DNA of 64,000 nt from the human T2T-CHM13v2.0 reference genome, Homo sapiens. The DNA lies in NCBI RefSeq assembly GCF_009914755.1, contig NC_060941.1. One strand, 5' to 3'. A program made the position numbers and the translations under genes. Each line of letters begins with the position of its first letter. Within the stretch, counting starts at the first letter, position 1. This document shows, piece by piece, positions 26,435 to 39,718 of the stretch. Below the pieces are notes generated by a model. That model saw nothing but the letters and a program-made list of their open reading frames with translations, searched no databases and was not told where the DNA came from.

Positions 26435-27840
26435 GGCACCAGCCCCACCCACTGGCTGTTTCTCCGTCCTCTCCTATCACCCCCAAACACTCACTTTGAA
26501 TGCTGCATGAATCTCGTGGGGGGTCCCTGCCCTTGCGACCCCCAGATACCTCCACTTGCTACCGAGTCAACGTGTGTGCCATCTTCCCTGGTCCAGGCAC
26601 CACTCAGCTCTGGCTCTTCCTGGGAGGTCAGCCGAGGCTCCCCCCATGCTCCTGGTTTCTGCTTAGGAGGTGGGGACTTGGGCTGGGATGGGGACGGCAT
26701 ACCCCTCCCAGGCCTCTCCCTCTGCCTTTCTGTTCTTAATCAGGGTTGGATCCAAGAAGGTGTCCAGTGCTTGGGCCTGGGGTGGGGGGAAGGTGTTAGA
26801 GGACTCCAGGAGCTCCTGCACCCCTCCCCAAATGTCCATCTTTCTCAGACGGGGCTCTGTCTGGGGAGCACCCACAGGCTGCCTTTGGGGTCCCAGAGCC
26901 TGCTCTGTGCACTGACCCCAGTTCCTCCATCCTGTGGCCAGCCTAGGGCTCATGGCATGGGCCCCCACTGGGGGAGGGAGGCATCTTGTTTCTTGTGGTT
27001 CCCTGCAGGCCAGTCCTGTCCTCCTTTCCCTGTTCTGCCCACTCTGGGGAATAGGGAGGGGAGGAGAGGAGAGGAGAGGGAGGATCCTGGAGGACTGGGA
27101 AGATCTAGCCTAAAGAGGCTTCTCTGAGGGCCAGGGCCCTACAGCATGCCCCTACGGCCAGGGGACTGTCTGCCAGCCTCCCAGGCCCATGCCCTCCTGG
27201 TGCCCCTGGCACTGAGGCACAGATCGTCAAGGCAGGTACCCCCTCAACCCTTCTTCCACTGGAGCCCCTGACACCACAGGTGCCCTGGAGCCCTTGTGTG
27301 ACTCAGCCTCTGTTAGCTGGGTGGGTGTCATCAGCCCCTGCCTCCCAGGCCAGAACCTGAGAACGGGCCCAGGGTGCTGTGGAGATCAACTTCAAAAGAG
27401 CTAACCCCTTCCCACACTCCACCCACCCACCTACATTTCCTCTGTGAAATCTACCTCAGAGTTGTACCCTCAGAAGGACGGGTAAGCAGGAGGCCAGGGG
27501 GTCCCCAGGGCTGAGGTGGGGAGCCTTCTACGGCGAAAGCCTGCCACCCCACAATGAATCCACCCTGCTCCACTGCGCGCCTCTCCCAGGTCTCAGCTCT
27601 GGGTGGGGAGCAGTGGCCGCTACCGACAGCGCATGTCCCGCTCTTATCCAACTCTTCCAGGCCCCACCTCCCTGCACCCCTCCCCTCTATAGAGCAGGGG
27701 AGTGAAGGGGTATGTCAGGCGGGGAAGGGGCCAAGGACACGTCATTGTACCCTGAGCGTCCCCAGGGAGTGGAAATGGGGAAGGGGGCCTGGAGAGGGGA
27801 GGCAGGGGCCCCTGTGCTCTCTGAACAAGTTGAAAGTCCA

Positions 27841-27846
27841 AATAAA
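27841..27846 (+). terminator. TBKBP1: TBKBP1 poly(A) signal (3' UTR ~26435-27865)
   Basis: First AATAAA I found after the stop; GT-rich sequence follows. Confidence 0.85.
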
Positions 27847-30800
27847 ACTTACCTGTTCCATCTGTGCTCAATCTGTGCCCTCTGTGGCTGGGGGCAGGGC
27901 GGGGGACGGGTAGAGCCCTTGGTAGCAGGAGGTCTTGGAAAGTGTGTCTCAAGGGACTGTGACCATGGGAGGTAGACACTGGGCAAGTAGGGGATGCATG
28001 GGGCACCCACATTCAGAGCGGTTCTGGAGGTTCAGATGTGTAAGTGGTTGCAGATGACTTGTGGCACGGCAGTCATTAGAACAGATAGATACAAAGCAGT
28101 CACCCAGCCCTGAGCAGGCCTCTTGAATTTCCCACCCAGTAGGTCTGGCCAGTCAAGGTTCTAAAGCCTTGGGGTTTATCAGTAACAGTTATGTATTCAT
28201 CAAATGATTTCTGCTTGTCAGGAACCAGGCTGGGGCCTCAAAGAGGAAGAACATCCGTGTTCCATGTCCTCATGGGTCTAAGAACAGGGGAGGGGCTGGG
28301 TTCCAGGCTCAGCAGCTGCCTCGGAAGTCCCACAGCCTGAAAAGTCAGAGCTGGGTCATGAACCCATGACTTCTGCCCCAGCCGGGGCTGTGCCCTGTGT
28401 CTGCAAAAAGTGCTTCAGTGACTTGTTCATCAACTGGGTGCCTTTCTCTTCCATGTGGCCATTTTTGGTCAATGGTTCACTTAAAAACAAAAAGGGGACA
28501 AAGGCAATTGCTCATTGAAGGTGTGAGGTTCAGCTCTAGACCCAGGGCAAATGTGCCTTCCCATTCAGTGCCAAAGTCCAGACCCCCATGGGAAGACTTC
28601 CCAGCTGCCCTGGGTTCTCTGTTGCAGTTAACAACTATGCTGCCCTCTCAAAGTTCATCCAAGCTCAATTGTGCCCGTGGCCAAGTTCTGAGTGCCAGGA
28701 GAAGTTTGACCAGCCTTCCCTATGTGACATGGGTTCACAGCCCTGGGAAAGAAGGTTCTGGAACCTTTGGCACATGGGTGCCCGTGTAGTGCCCCCTGCT
28801 ATTTCTCCACCTCCATGGAGGAAGGCAGCACCCGAGTTTCTGGACCTGGGTGCCATTTGGATCTTTGGAAGCACTTAGGAGATGTGCATGAATGAATAAG
28901 GGTGGTCTAGGGACACATGAGGCAAAGAGAAATCCTGCTGTTGAGAAAAGGCACAAAGGATGGCTGGGAATGAGAGCACAGAGGCAGGGGGATGACCCAG
29001 GTAACCACTGCTGGTCCTTGAGTATGTCTGAAGGTGGGAGGGAACCCAGGTGTCCTGCAACCTGGACATTCCCCTGTCACCAGGGTGAGGGGGAGTGTGG
29101 GGACACAGGGCGCAGGTTCTGGCAGCTTGTCTCCTTGATTTCTAGGGGCCTGGGAGACGGCTCAGGTGCAGGGCGGAAAGTTGCTGGGGGCTGGGAGGGA
29201 AGGCTGGGAAGGAGAGAAAGCTAGCGTGCCCCAGCCTTTCCTCTAATCCTCCCCCTCACCCCTGCCACCAAAAGGAGAGGACATGGTGTGGGGAGATGGG
29301 GAAGGGCTAGGGAGCCCTGCCAGTCCTTCTCTCAAGGGCTGTGATCATGGAAGGACACTTGATATGCATTACTCTGTGGAGACAGGGAGGCAGGGCACTG
29401 GGGCTGAGAAAATGCAGAGGCAAAGGGGTCTCTAGGCTCCCGGAAAGGGGAAGGGGGTGGGAAAACTGCGGCAGGAGCAAGGCGGAGGGAGGGAAGACCT
29501 CTGTCGAGGCTGGAAAGACACACGTGGGGGACCCACTCACTCTCCCAAAGCCAGACATGCAGGGGTGGGGGAAGACAACTTCACAGGGAACAAGCCACCC
29601 TCGGGCGCATCGCCACATGCTGTATTAAAGGCCAGTGTCCCACAGTCTCTCCGGCTATGCCCCTTCTCCCCACAGGGTTTCCCCAGCCAGTGCTACTAGG
29701 CCATGGAGACCCCTGCCCCTGGCCTGGGTCCCCATGCAGGCTGTGTCAGGAGATCAGCTGAGTGCAGCAACAGCTCCTTTCAGCAGCTGGTGGTGCATGT
29801 ACGTGCACATGTGTGCGGGACAGTGTATGTTGGGAGCATCGGATCCTAACAAGGGGAGGGGTGTGTGGGTGAGTCAGCCGTGTTAATCAGAAACACCTTA
29901 CCCAGCTGATTAGGACTAATGAAGAATGGAGTGGGTGGGGGGCTCACTCAGTGACGTCTTTATAGAGTAGGGAAAGCTGGACAGTTCCCCCAGTCCCATC
30001 TCTCCCTCTGCAAGGACAAGAACAGACCAACTTTGGCGGCCACAGGAAGAATAGAGGTCAGATATAAGGATGAACCACAAGGGCCGGGCATCCTAGCTGG
30101 GAAGGGGCGGGCAAGGTGTCTGAGGCAGCGGCCAGGTAATGTGGGGAAAATGTGTGAAATCCTCCAGCACCTGCCCCTATTCCTGCACTTCCTCCACTTT
30201 CTCTGTTTTGACCCCAGAGACATTCTCAGTGCTCAAGGCTGCGCCCCCTGGTTGCCTTCTAAGAGCCAACCCACATCTGCTGCACCGGAGCCCGGTGAGC
30301 ACGTGAGCCATGCTGTTCAGGAGCCTCCAGCCGTGCCCTTTACACCGCAGCCCAGGACAGAAGGCTCTGGCTTGAGGCACTTACTGGTTTGTGCATTCAC
30401 TGTTCATGCAGATGCCATGTAGATGCCATGTGGCTCTGTCATGACCAGGGAGGTCTGGCAGGGCTGAGGGCACAAAGGGGCTGCACAGGGGGAACCTGGG
30501 CATCAGCTAGAGGCCCTCTCGCACCTGCCCTTCCTTGGGGCAGAGGCAGATGCCCCTGAGAACCCAGTCTCAGCCCACAGCTTCACCCATCCTGCATGCC
30601 AATTCAGCCAAGGGCAGAGTCACCAGGCGCATCTCACAGATGTCCCATTCGGCTATGTGAGTGTGGGCATGGGGGAGGGGGAGGGCTGAGGGGACAGGAT
30701 GGGTGTCGGCCAGCACCTCAAACACCTCCTAATTTGCATTACCACTGACACCCTTCTTGACCAAGAAAATGGAGCCAGAAATAACAAGGGGGGAGGCGGT

Positions 30801-33800
30801 TCCCTTGAGGGGGACTTTGAGGTTCCCTTTCCTTGCCTCCAACACTCCCACGGTGCAGGGGACAGGAGGTCAGCCCCACAGCAGGGCCCTGGGCAGGGGA
30901 AATGCACCTGCTGTGGCTCATCCCTCTCCAGGTTGGGCAGACACCTCTTTCTAGCTTCCCACTTCCCTCAACCCCAAACACCTGAGCCCTGACCTTTCCC
31001 TCTTCAGAGCCTTCCCCACTGTCTTTTCCTCTGGGAACCCTCTCCCTGGTGCCCCTCTGGCAGCGGTAATGACCCCAGCTCTACCTAACTGGGGAGTTGT
31101 CTCTGCCAGTGTTCTCAGTCTGTGTCCTGCCTTCCCCATCAGACTGGGCATTTCCCAGGGCCAAGGTCTGAACCTCCCCTGCCAATCTGGGACCAGCTCA
31201 GTGGACCATTCTACATGGGAAATAGGCCACACAATAGAGCAGAAGAGCTTGCGATGAGATTCTAAAAATGGCATGAGGTAAATCCGGGTCCGGTGTGAGA
31301 CTGTGGCTGTGTGGTGGGGCAAAGGTAGACCCCCGTCCCCGCAACCCCAGGGACTCCCAGCTCTGTTAGAGGCCTCTGAGTGTCAGGCAATGGGATCCTG
31401 GAAGAAAAGGATCAGGACCGTGGCAGCGCGACACTTCTATCCCCTGCCCCAGTGACTGAGGCACAGACTCACAGACACATTTGATGCTCAAACTGTGTGG
31501 ATTGAATTTACTTCTGTCCCAAAGAGGGGAGGGAATGGTGTGACAGTCACGGCTTGGAAGTGGGAAATGATGGGCCATGGAGAGCAGGCCCCCTCTCTGG
31601 CCAAGAGGTCCTGGCACCTGGCAGGGCGAGGTGGAGGCAGAGCAGAAGGGCCTGGCAGGGAAACCAGGTCGTGAGAGACAGTGAGAGAGCTGTGAACGCA
31701 CTGTGGGAAGGAGAGAACAGTGAACTGAGAACTCCCCCACTCCTCCCTCCAGAGATGCTATTTTAGGGGGAGAAAATATATGCAGCGCAGGGGGCAGGGG
31801 TGGGGGAGCAGGCTCTCCATGGGGTCAGCTGGGCTACTGCTGCCCTCCTAGGCATCTTCTTTGGCCCTGGGACACCTAAGCACTTCCTTCCTCTCTGGGA
31901 AAGTCTTCTTGTTCCCTTGAGTGTGAGGGTGGAAAGAACGAGCCAGGAGATTTGGAGCTGGCCTCTTGGTACCCTGTGAGGGTCCCTGGGGCCTCAGACC
32001 TAGGGGGAAGTTTCTATTTCCGTTGCTTCCTTGGAAGGTGGGTGTGGAGGGCAGACTGTGAGGCAGGCACGGAGCCCGGTTCAGCAGGCCTGAGTACTTC
32101 TTGCACCCAACTCCACACTTAGGCACTCTGCGCAGATCCTCCCTTAGTGTCAAGCAGGGGGAGTGAAATTTGGTGTTAGAGGAGGCCAGGGCGAAAGGCG
32201 CATCCAGGCCAGCCGAGCTTCCACAGGTGGTTGGACCCCTCCCAATGGGGAGGCTGACCTGCTCCTTGGCCCAAGGAGGCTGGGTGGAGATTGCTATTAG
32301 ATAGAACCCTTGCTTGGCATGAAGGGAAATTCTTGCACCCCAGTTCAACCCTCTGAAGGGCCCTGACTCATTTTGGGATGAAGGCTCCAATGCCCTGTGG
32401 GTTTCTGTGGTGGCTGGGGACAGGGGTGGGCAGGGAGGGTAGGGGATGAACAAAGACTTTTGTTTTCTTTTTTGGAGCTGGGTTGTTTCTCCACCTGATC
32501 CAGCTTCACCTGAAGGAGAGCATTGGCTGGAGTGGGAAGAAGACCCAACTTCCAGCCTGGGAGGTGCTGGGCACTGGCTGCAGTAGAAGGAACCTTCGGT
32601 TAAACTTTAGGAAGAACTTCCTGCGGACACATTTCCAAAGAAGAACTGAGGGATCCTGTCCCCTGGATGTTCCCCACAGCAGATCCCTAGAGGGATCTGG
32701 GAGCTTGGCCTGGCCTTGGGAACAGAGGCAGAGAGATGAACAGAGAGACCCACTGCGGGTGGGGAGTGGGTGGCAGAAGGCTCCAGGCAGGAGGGATGAG
32801 GGTGGGTCCAGGCGTGAGAACACACATGTCCCCAGGCCACAGCCTGCGTTGAGGGATCTGAGGTGGAAGAGTACAGGGAGGAAAGGCTACCTCTCCGCAC
32901 CTCCTCTCACCTGTCCTGTCTTCCTGCTTTTCTTCTTCTGGCCTTATGGGCCAGGGCAGAGAGGGGGTGGGAAGAAACGGCTCTGGTCCTTCTACCCGTT
33001 CCTCCCTTGAGCAAGAGGCCTGCAGGACTTCTTGGTGGGGAGACTGAGATGAAACCTCATTTGGAGCCTCAAAGGTCAATGCAACAGTGGAGCCAAGTCC
33101 CCTGGGGTAGAGCAGCTGGAGGCAGCCAATGAGGCGAGAGGCAGGGGGCCATGTCACTTTGAAGGGATGCCCATGCCAGGCCTCCAGCCCAGAGGTGAGA
33201 AGGTGGCCAGGCTGACTGAATAATGATCTTGCCCCTCCCCTTTCATGGGGCCCTTGGCCTTGTGGGTGTTGCAGGAGCCGAACTCTCCCTTCCCCCCACA
33301 GACAGCAAAAGCACACTGTGGATGGGAGGTGAGGGGGAGGATCAGGAGATGGTGTGAAAGAAATAGTTCACCCCTGCATGGGTGAGGGGGAAGGGAGAGG
33401 ACAGTGCCCCCTGGTGCTGGCCTCTGTGTGTGCCCAGCACACACACACAACTCACATGAGGGATCAGAGAGCCCTATGCCCACCTGGACACTCCACTCCT
33501 TCCCAGACTGGCAAATGGTTGTGCCTGAGGACAGAAGCAGTGCAGAGGTGAGACTTCGCACAGGGTCTCAGGACTCCCTGCGTCCTCTGAGCTCAGAGGT
33601 GTGTGTCTCTGATCTCAGGTGCTGCCCTAGTCCCCCACAGTGGGCACAGGTGGGTCTCCTTCCCACGGATGGTCAAGCAGTTGCATTGTCACCACACCAC
33701 CCTCCAGACTCACCCTGTCACATCACCCCAGATACACAAAGCACACGGACCGACCCAGTTCCATGCTCATCCCTTCCCCACCTACCAGGCTTCCAGGGAC

Positions 33801-34970
33801 ACCCACGTGCAGGGACACACTCCTCCCAACACACACAGCCAGGATCACAGTGCCACACAGGTGTGTCCCACGTGCCACAGGAACCGAGGAATAGTGCACA
33901 CTAACACATGCATGGAAATCCCACACCCATATGCAGACGCGTACACTCCTGGCTCTGAAGCTGACCTCATTATCCAGTGGTGTGCTGGCAAATGTTTAAC
34001 AACCAGCTCTCCAATGTAAGCTACCTCAGCACTGAGCACTGGGAAGAGATACTCATAATTGGCTCTTGAGAGCTGGCATGAGCCAGCTCCAGCCCACCAC
34101 TCCATTATCCTTCATAGAAATCACATGATAAAACTTAAAACGCAGCTGGGCAGCCCCAAGGAGGGCTGCACCTGGGCAGCAGTGACTCATCAGGGCAGCT
34201 TTTTTCCCCGTGGGAGTGCCTCCCCTTCCCTAGCTTCACGCACCTCCCCACTCCTGTCTGGACCCCACTTCCTGCCCCTCTCATTCCTCCTCCTTCCTCT
34301 CTGTCACTCAGGGCTGTGAGCTGTGGCTGGTACTCAGGCACATCTCGTTCATCCTTTCTCTCTCTGCCATGGCTGAGGCCACCAGGTGTGGAGGGTGACA
34401 GGCTCATTCCTAATTCTAGTAGGCTTCCTGGAGGAAGAGGACACGGCAATGCCATATGTTACCAAAATGCTGTAGCTGTCTGTGCCTGGGCTGCCACTGA
34501 CCTGTATCCACATCCTTGAGCCAAGTCCATTCCTCTTTACTTTCTTCTTCTGTCTGGTCATGAGGACAAGGGGTCTGGTTTACACTGAAAATTGTGAGAA
34601 GGGGAGGGAATTCTCAGCTTGCAGGGTAGCGAAGGAAGCCGTTTAGAGCCTGTTCTGAGAGTGAGCACCTCTGGTTCTAGCCGCACTCTGTGAACACTGT
34701 GCGGTTTCTCAGTGCTTCTGTTCCTCAGTGGACTAGGTGGTTTAATTTCCATCACGGCTCTGACATTTTGGCATTCTATATTTCTGAGATTACTCCAAAC
34801 TCCACTCAGCAGGAAGCTTCCCTTAGAGCTAATCTTGATCTCTTTCCCTGTAGCTCATGAGGGAGGTGACAGATGTGGTTCGGGAGTATACCTGGGGGAC
34901 TCAGGGGCCTCTGCTCTTGGTTGTGACTCCTAGATTATTCCTGCCAGGCACACATGTAATGGGGCAGGGG

Positions 34971-35140
34971 CAGAGAGAGAAGGAGAGAGAGAGGAGGGAA
35001 TAAGGAAGGAAGAGAAAGGAAAGGAAGAAAAGAGGGAAGGAAAGAAAAATGAAAGAGGGAAAGAGAAAGGAAGTGAAATGATATGAAAGAAGAAAGGAGG
35101 GGAAATGAAGGAAAACAAAAGAGAAAAGCAAAGCAAAAGG
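34971..35140. repeat. Polypurine (GA-rich) low-complexity tract
   Basis: ~170 nt almost entirely A/G. Confidence 0.9.
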
Positions 35141-36759
35141 GCTCATCGTGGATGCAGAAAGCAGCCAGCCTTGCCAGTAAAGTAGCCAGGGGTACATGGA
35201 GGGGATACAGAAGGCTGTTTCTGGTTGTTGCAAACCCTGTCTGTGTGAATCTGTAAAGTGGGTGCAGTTCTGGGTCTTGCTGAGCCTTGGGCTGGGTCGT
35301 GCTAGGGCAGAGTGCTCTGGGCAGGGGCTGGGGTCCGGGAGTCAGCCCACTCCTCTGCCCAGGGCCTCCTGCCACTGCTTTGCTGCTCCTTCTGAAAACA
35401 ACTGAAACCGCAAAATTGGCTTGTGGTCGGGTGACTATCAGTCACTGCTATTCAGCTTGGCTTCCTAGGATGACTAAGGGGGTTAAAAGTCCCTCCCATT
35501 AGCCCCCCAGATTTTCAGGGGAGTCAGAGGCCAAGACAGAACATTGTTTTCTTTGGAGGCTTTTGCTAGGGTCTGAGTTCCCAAGTGGCAGGGCCTGCGC
35601 GCACTGTGTCTCGCAATGTCTGTGGGTTCAGGAGCTGGGGGGTCACCAAGGTGGAGGTAGCAGTATCCCTGGGCTTGCACACCCAGCAGCTTGGAGTGGG
35701 GAGGGGTTGGGGTGGAGGACGCCTGGGTCATCAAAAGAGTCTCCTTTCAACATGCCTCTTCTGGTCCCAGTTCTCGGGGTAGCTAAGCTGCTGATGCTGC
35801 TAGTGGGACTGGGTATCATGGGTCCCCTTGGCAGGGCCTGGGCACCAGCTAGGCAGCCCAGCTGCTTGAGCTGCAGAGAGTGCTGGAACTGCCCCTGCTG
35901 TGCTGAACATCCCAGGTGCTGGGTCCTCCTGATTCCCCATGGGGTTAGAAAATTCACAACCTGGGAGGCAGGAGGGTGGGCTCTACAGGGTTCTGTATTC
36001 CCTTTTAGTGGCTCTGAGCCGTCTTGCTCTGACTCGATTTCTCCTTGAGATGAAAGGCTTGGATTATCTCAGCACTGACCTTTCGCGTATCTGTGATGCT
36101 AGAGAAGAAAGGGAAAAGGCAACCACTTTGTAGACCCGCAGGCCCCCTCACCACACTGCCCGGCTATCCAGAAGGTCCTGCCCACATCCAGCGCTGCCCT
36201 CCTCTCTCTTTGTGACTGCCCGTGGTCTCAGTTTCTCTCTTTCCCTCTCTTTCTTTCTCCCTCTGTCCTGCTCACTTTCTGTTTAGGCTCCCTCATACTC
36301 CCCCCACCCCTGACAGCGAGGTGCACGTGAGTTCTTCTGATTGCTGACCTAGACCTTCCTAACCACTCCCCGGCTGGGTTCAATTTCCCCAAGGGGTGAG
36401 ACCCTCCCCAAACTCTCCCACCTACATCCAGGGTCTAGGGGTGGAGTTTTGATATCTCTTTGAGCCCTCAAACAGATGGGAAGGTTGAGGGTCTGCATGG
36501 CACGTCTGTGACCTGCCCCCACCAGGCCGAGGGTCCTCTGCTGGGAGGAGGAGCCAGTTTTCTGAGAGGGAGGTGCCGGTATCCTCAGAGACTCCTGAAT
36601 TCCCAACCCTTCCCTCCCGAGGTGGGCGGGTCTCCTCACAGGGAGGCGGAGGGAATCCGCTTAATACCCAGGGATCAATGCCAAGCGGGGGAGCGGGACG
36701 CCGATCAGACATGTGACTCGGGAGGCATGATGAGCACGTGCAGACCCAGAACGTGTGAA

Positions 36760-37300
36760 GAACATACGTGTGGAAAAAGTTTGTGTCACTGATAGGCACA
36801 TCAGAGGCATGACACCTTCCTTCCCTCCTCCACCCGCCCTCTCCCTCGGGGGGCTAGAGGGCCCCCCTACATACCAACCACACACGTGTTTTAAGTGTGT
36901 GTGCACACGCACACATGCAGCCGTCTGGAAGAGCATGGCCGGGGAGCTGGGCTGGAGGGGTGGAGGGGGAAGGGAGAGGAAGGCAGGGTCGCCCCACCCC
37001 CACCCCGTGCCCGTGCCTACCGAGTGCCGCCTCCCGGTGGCTGGTGAGGTCTCTGCCCCCTTGACTTTTCCCTGCTTCGAGGAAACACCTCCCTTTAGGG
37101 GAAAGCGAGATGGTGAGGGGAAGGAGGGGAAGCACTGACTCTCGGCAGAGGCATGAGCCTGATTTTCCAGTCCGGGGAGGGGCGGAGGGAGATGGCACTG
37201 GGGACGCCCGGGCGATGGGGCCTGACTCAGAGCCAGAACCACAGGGCTCCTCCGCTGTATTGTCGTCGGGGAACTAGAAGCCACCAGGTTTATAAGAAAC
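36760..37300. promoter_or_regulatory. Candidate TBX21 distal enhancer ~12 kb upstream
   Basis: TGACACCT 36810, AACCACA 36876 and 37237, TTCGAGGAA 37076 overlapping AACACCT, TGACTCA 37223; local CpG enrichment. Confidence 0.7.
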
Positions 37301-38555
37301 TGCAATTCATCTCTGCCCTCTTCCACCCCTCTGCAAGGGATCAAGGTTAGACTAGAAGAAGAACTTATAGCCCGGGGCAAGAAAGGGACTCTGCCTCAGG
37401 TGATTTTTTTGGAAGCCTTCCCTGGGTTTCTTCGAGAAGAAGGGCCTGCCCCAAGGGGGTTAGATCGTAAGAAGAGCCTGGGGCCAGGGCGTGGGGCCCC
37501 CCATTTCCCTGTTTGTTGTCAAGGAAAGCCCCCTCCTCACTTCCAGCCCGGAACAGGAGCTCCTAAGAGCTGTCGACAGAGCTACTGCTGAGGCTGCGGC
37601 AGGGGCATACAGGGATCCCCAGAATCCCAGGCAGTCTGGCTGGCATGGAGGGGATGAGGCAGCTGGTGGCTCCACTTGGCTCTGCTGCCTCACTCTTGGC
37701 CACTGGCTCACGTGTCCCAAGGTGAAAAGCAAGAGGGAGGAGAGTGCAGGTTCGATTAGCAGGAGGGCAGAGCAGAAGGTGTGATGAACTTAGGCGTGGG
37801 CAGAAAGACGGAAGCACTGCCTGGCAGGGCACATGCCCAGTGGCATTCTCTTCCCATTCTAGGAGCTGCCCAGGCCCCTTCCCTCCTCAGGCAGAAACAC
37901 CTAACAGCTTGGATGGCTGGCAGTGGGCTCCGTTGCCTGGGGCAGGGAGTTTGGAGAAGTGAGGAAGGCTCCTGCCTCTCACTCCACCTGGAAACCAGGA
38001 CTCCTGGGTCCTTCCCATCTGGACTCATCTTCCTCCACTGCCACAGTGGCTGCTGTGTGACGAAGCTAGTCCCTGCCCCTTTCGGTCTCTCAGCCCTGCT
38101 TCCCCACTCCTACCCCATCAGCAGGATGGGATTTGCTGAGTAACGGGGTCGGGTTCTGCAGGGTCATCAGACAGAAAGGACACCAGGAGAGGTGAGAAGA
38201 GGCCTGGGTTGAGGGAAGGGTAATGTCAATTAGGACACCAGGATGACTTCCCAAAACATAGGGGAACACTCACTGGGTGACATAGAGGGCCCTTCCATCT
38301 TGCCTTTCTCCAGAGGGAATAAGGAGAAGGACTCAGCCCGGGTTGGGTTGGGTACCTTATAAGGAGAGAGGGTCAGGGGATAAAAATAACTGAGAGCCTG
38401 GGAAAATTGTGTCACCTCTCTGAGCACCAGCTTCTCATCTGCAAAATGGGAACGATAGTGTCCTCTTCACACAGGTGTGGGAGGCTCCACTCAGGAAAGT
38501 GCACAGTAAGTGTTCATTAGGTCACCAGCCATGTGATCTTGACAAGGTATTTAAC

Positions 38556-39152
38556 TTTTCTTTTTTTTTTTGAGACAGAATCTCTGTCTGTTGCCCAGGC
38601 TGGAGAGCAATGGCACGACCTCGGCTCAGTGCAGCCTCTGCCTCCTGGGTTCAAGCAATTATCCTGTCTCAGCCTCTTAGTATCTGGGATTACAGGCATG
38701 TGCCATCACGCCCGGCTAATTTTTGTGTTTTTAGTAGAGACGGAGTTTCGCCATATTGGCCAGGCTGATCTCGAACTCCTGACCTCCAGTGATACACCCA
38801 TCTCAGCCTCCCAAAGTGCTGGGATTACAGGCATGAGCCACTGTGCCCAGCTGGTACTTAACTTTTTTTTTTTTGAGATGGAGTCTCGCTCTGTCACCAG
38901 GCTGTAGTGCAGTGGCACAATCCCAGATCACTGCAACCTCCAACTCCCTCGTTCAAGCAATTCTCCTGCCTCAGCCTCCTGAGTAGCTGGGACTACAGGC
39001 GCGTGCCACCACACCAGGTAATTTTTGTATTTTTAGTAGAGACGGGGTTTCACCATGTTGGCCAGGATGGTCTCAATCTCCTGACCCTGTGATCCTCCCG
39101 CCTCGGCCTCCCAAAGTGCTGGGATTACAGACATGAGCCACTGTGCCTGGCT
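38556..39152 (-). mobile_element. Two tandem AluS elements (38556-38853, 38863-39152) interrupting a MIR
   Basis: taYttaactttt at all three junctions; MIR halves on either side. Confidence 0.9.
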
Positions 39153-39274
39153 GATACTTAACTTTTTTATATCTCAGTTTCCTTGTCTGTAAAATGGGAA
39201 CAATGGTTCCCACCCAGTTGCCTTCACACCATTGTGAAGTCTAATGAAATCAAAGGTATATTGACTAGTCTTAA

Positions 39275-39718
<444 letters not shown>

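Noticed and set aside
34901-35375. Phe/Leu/Ser-rich minus-strand ORFs resembling membrane proteins
   Set aside because: Translation of the polypurine tract.
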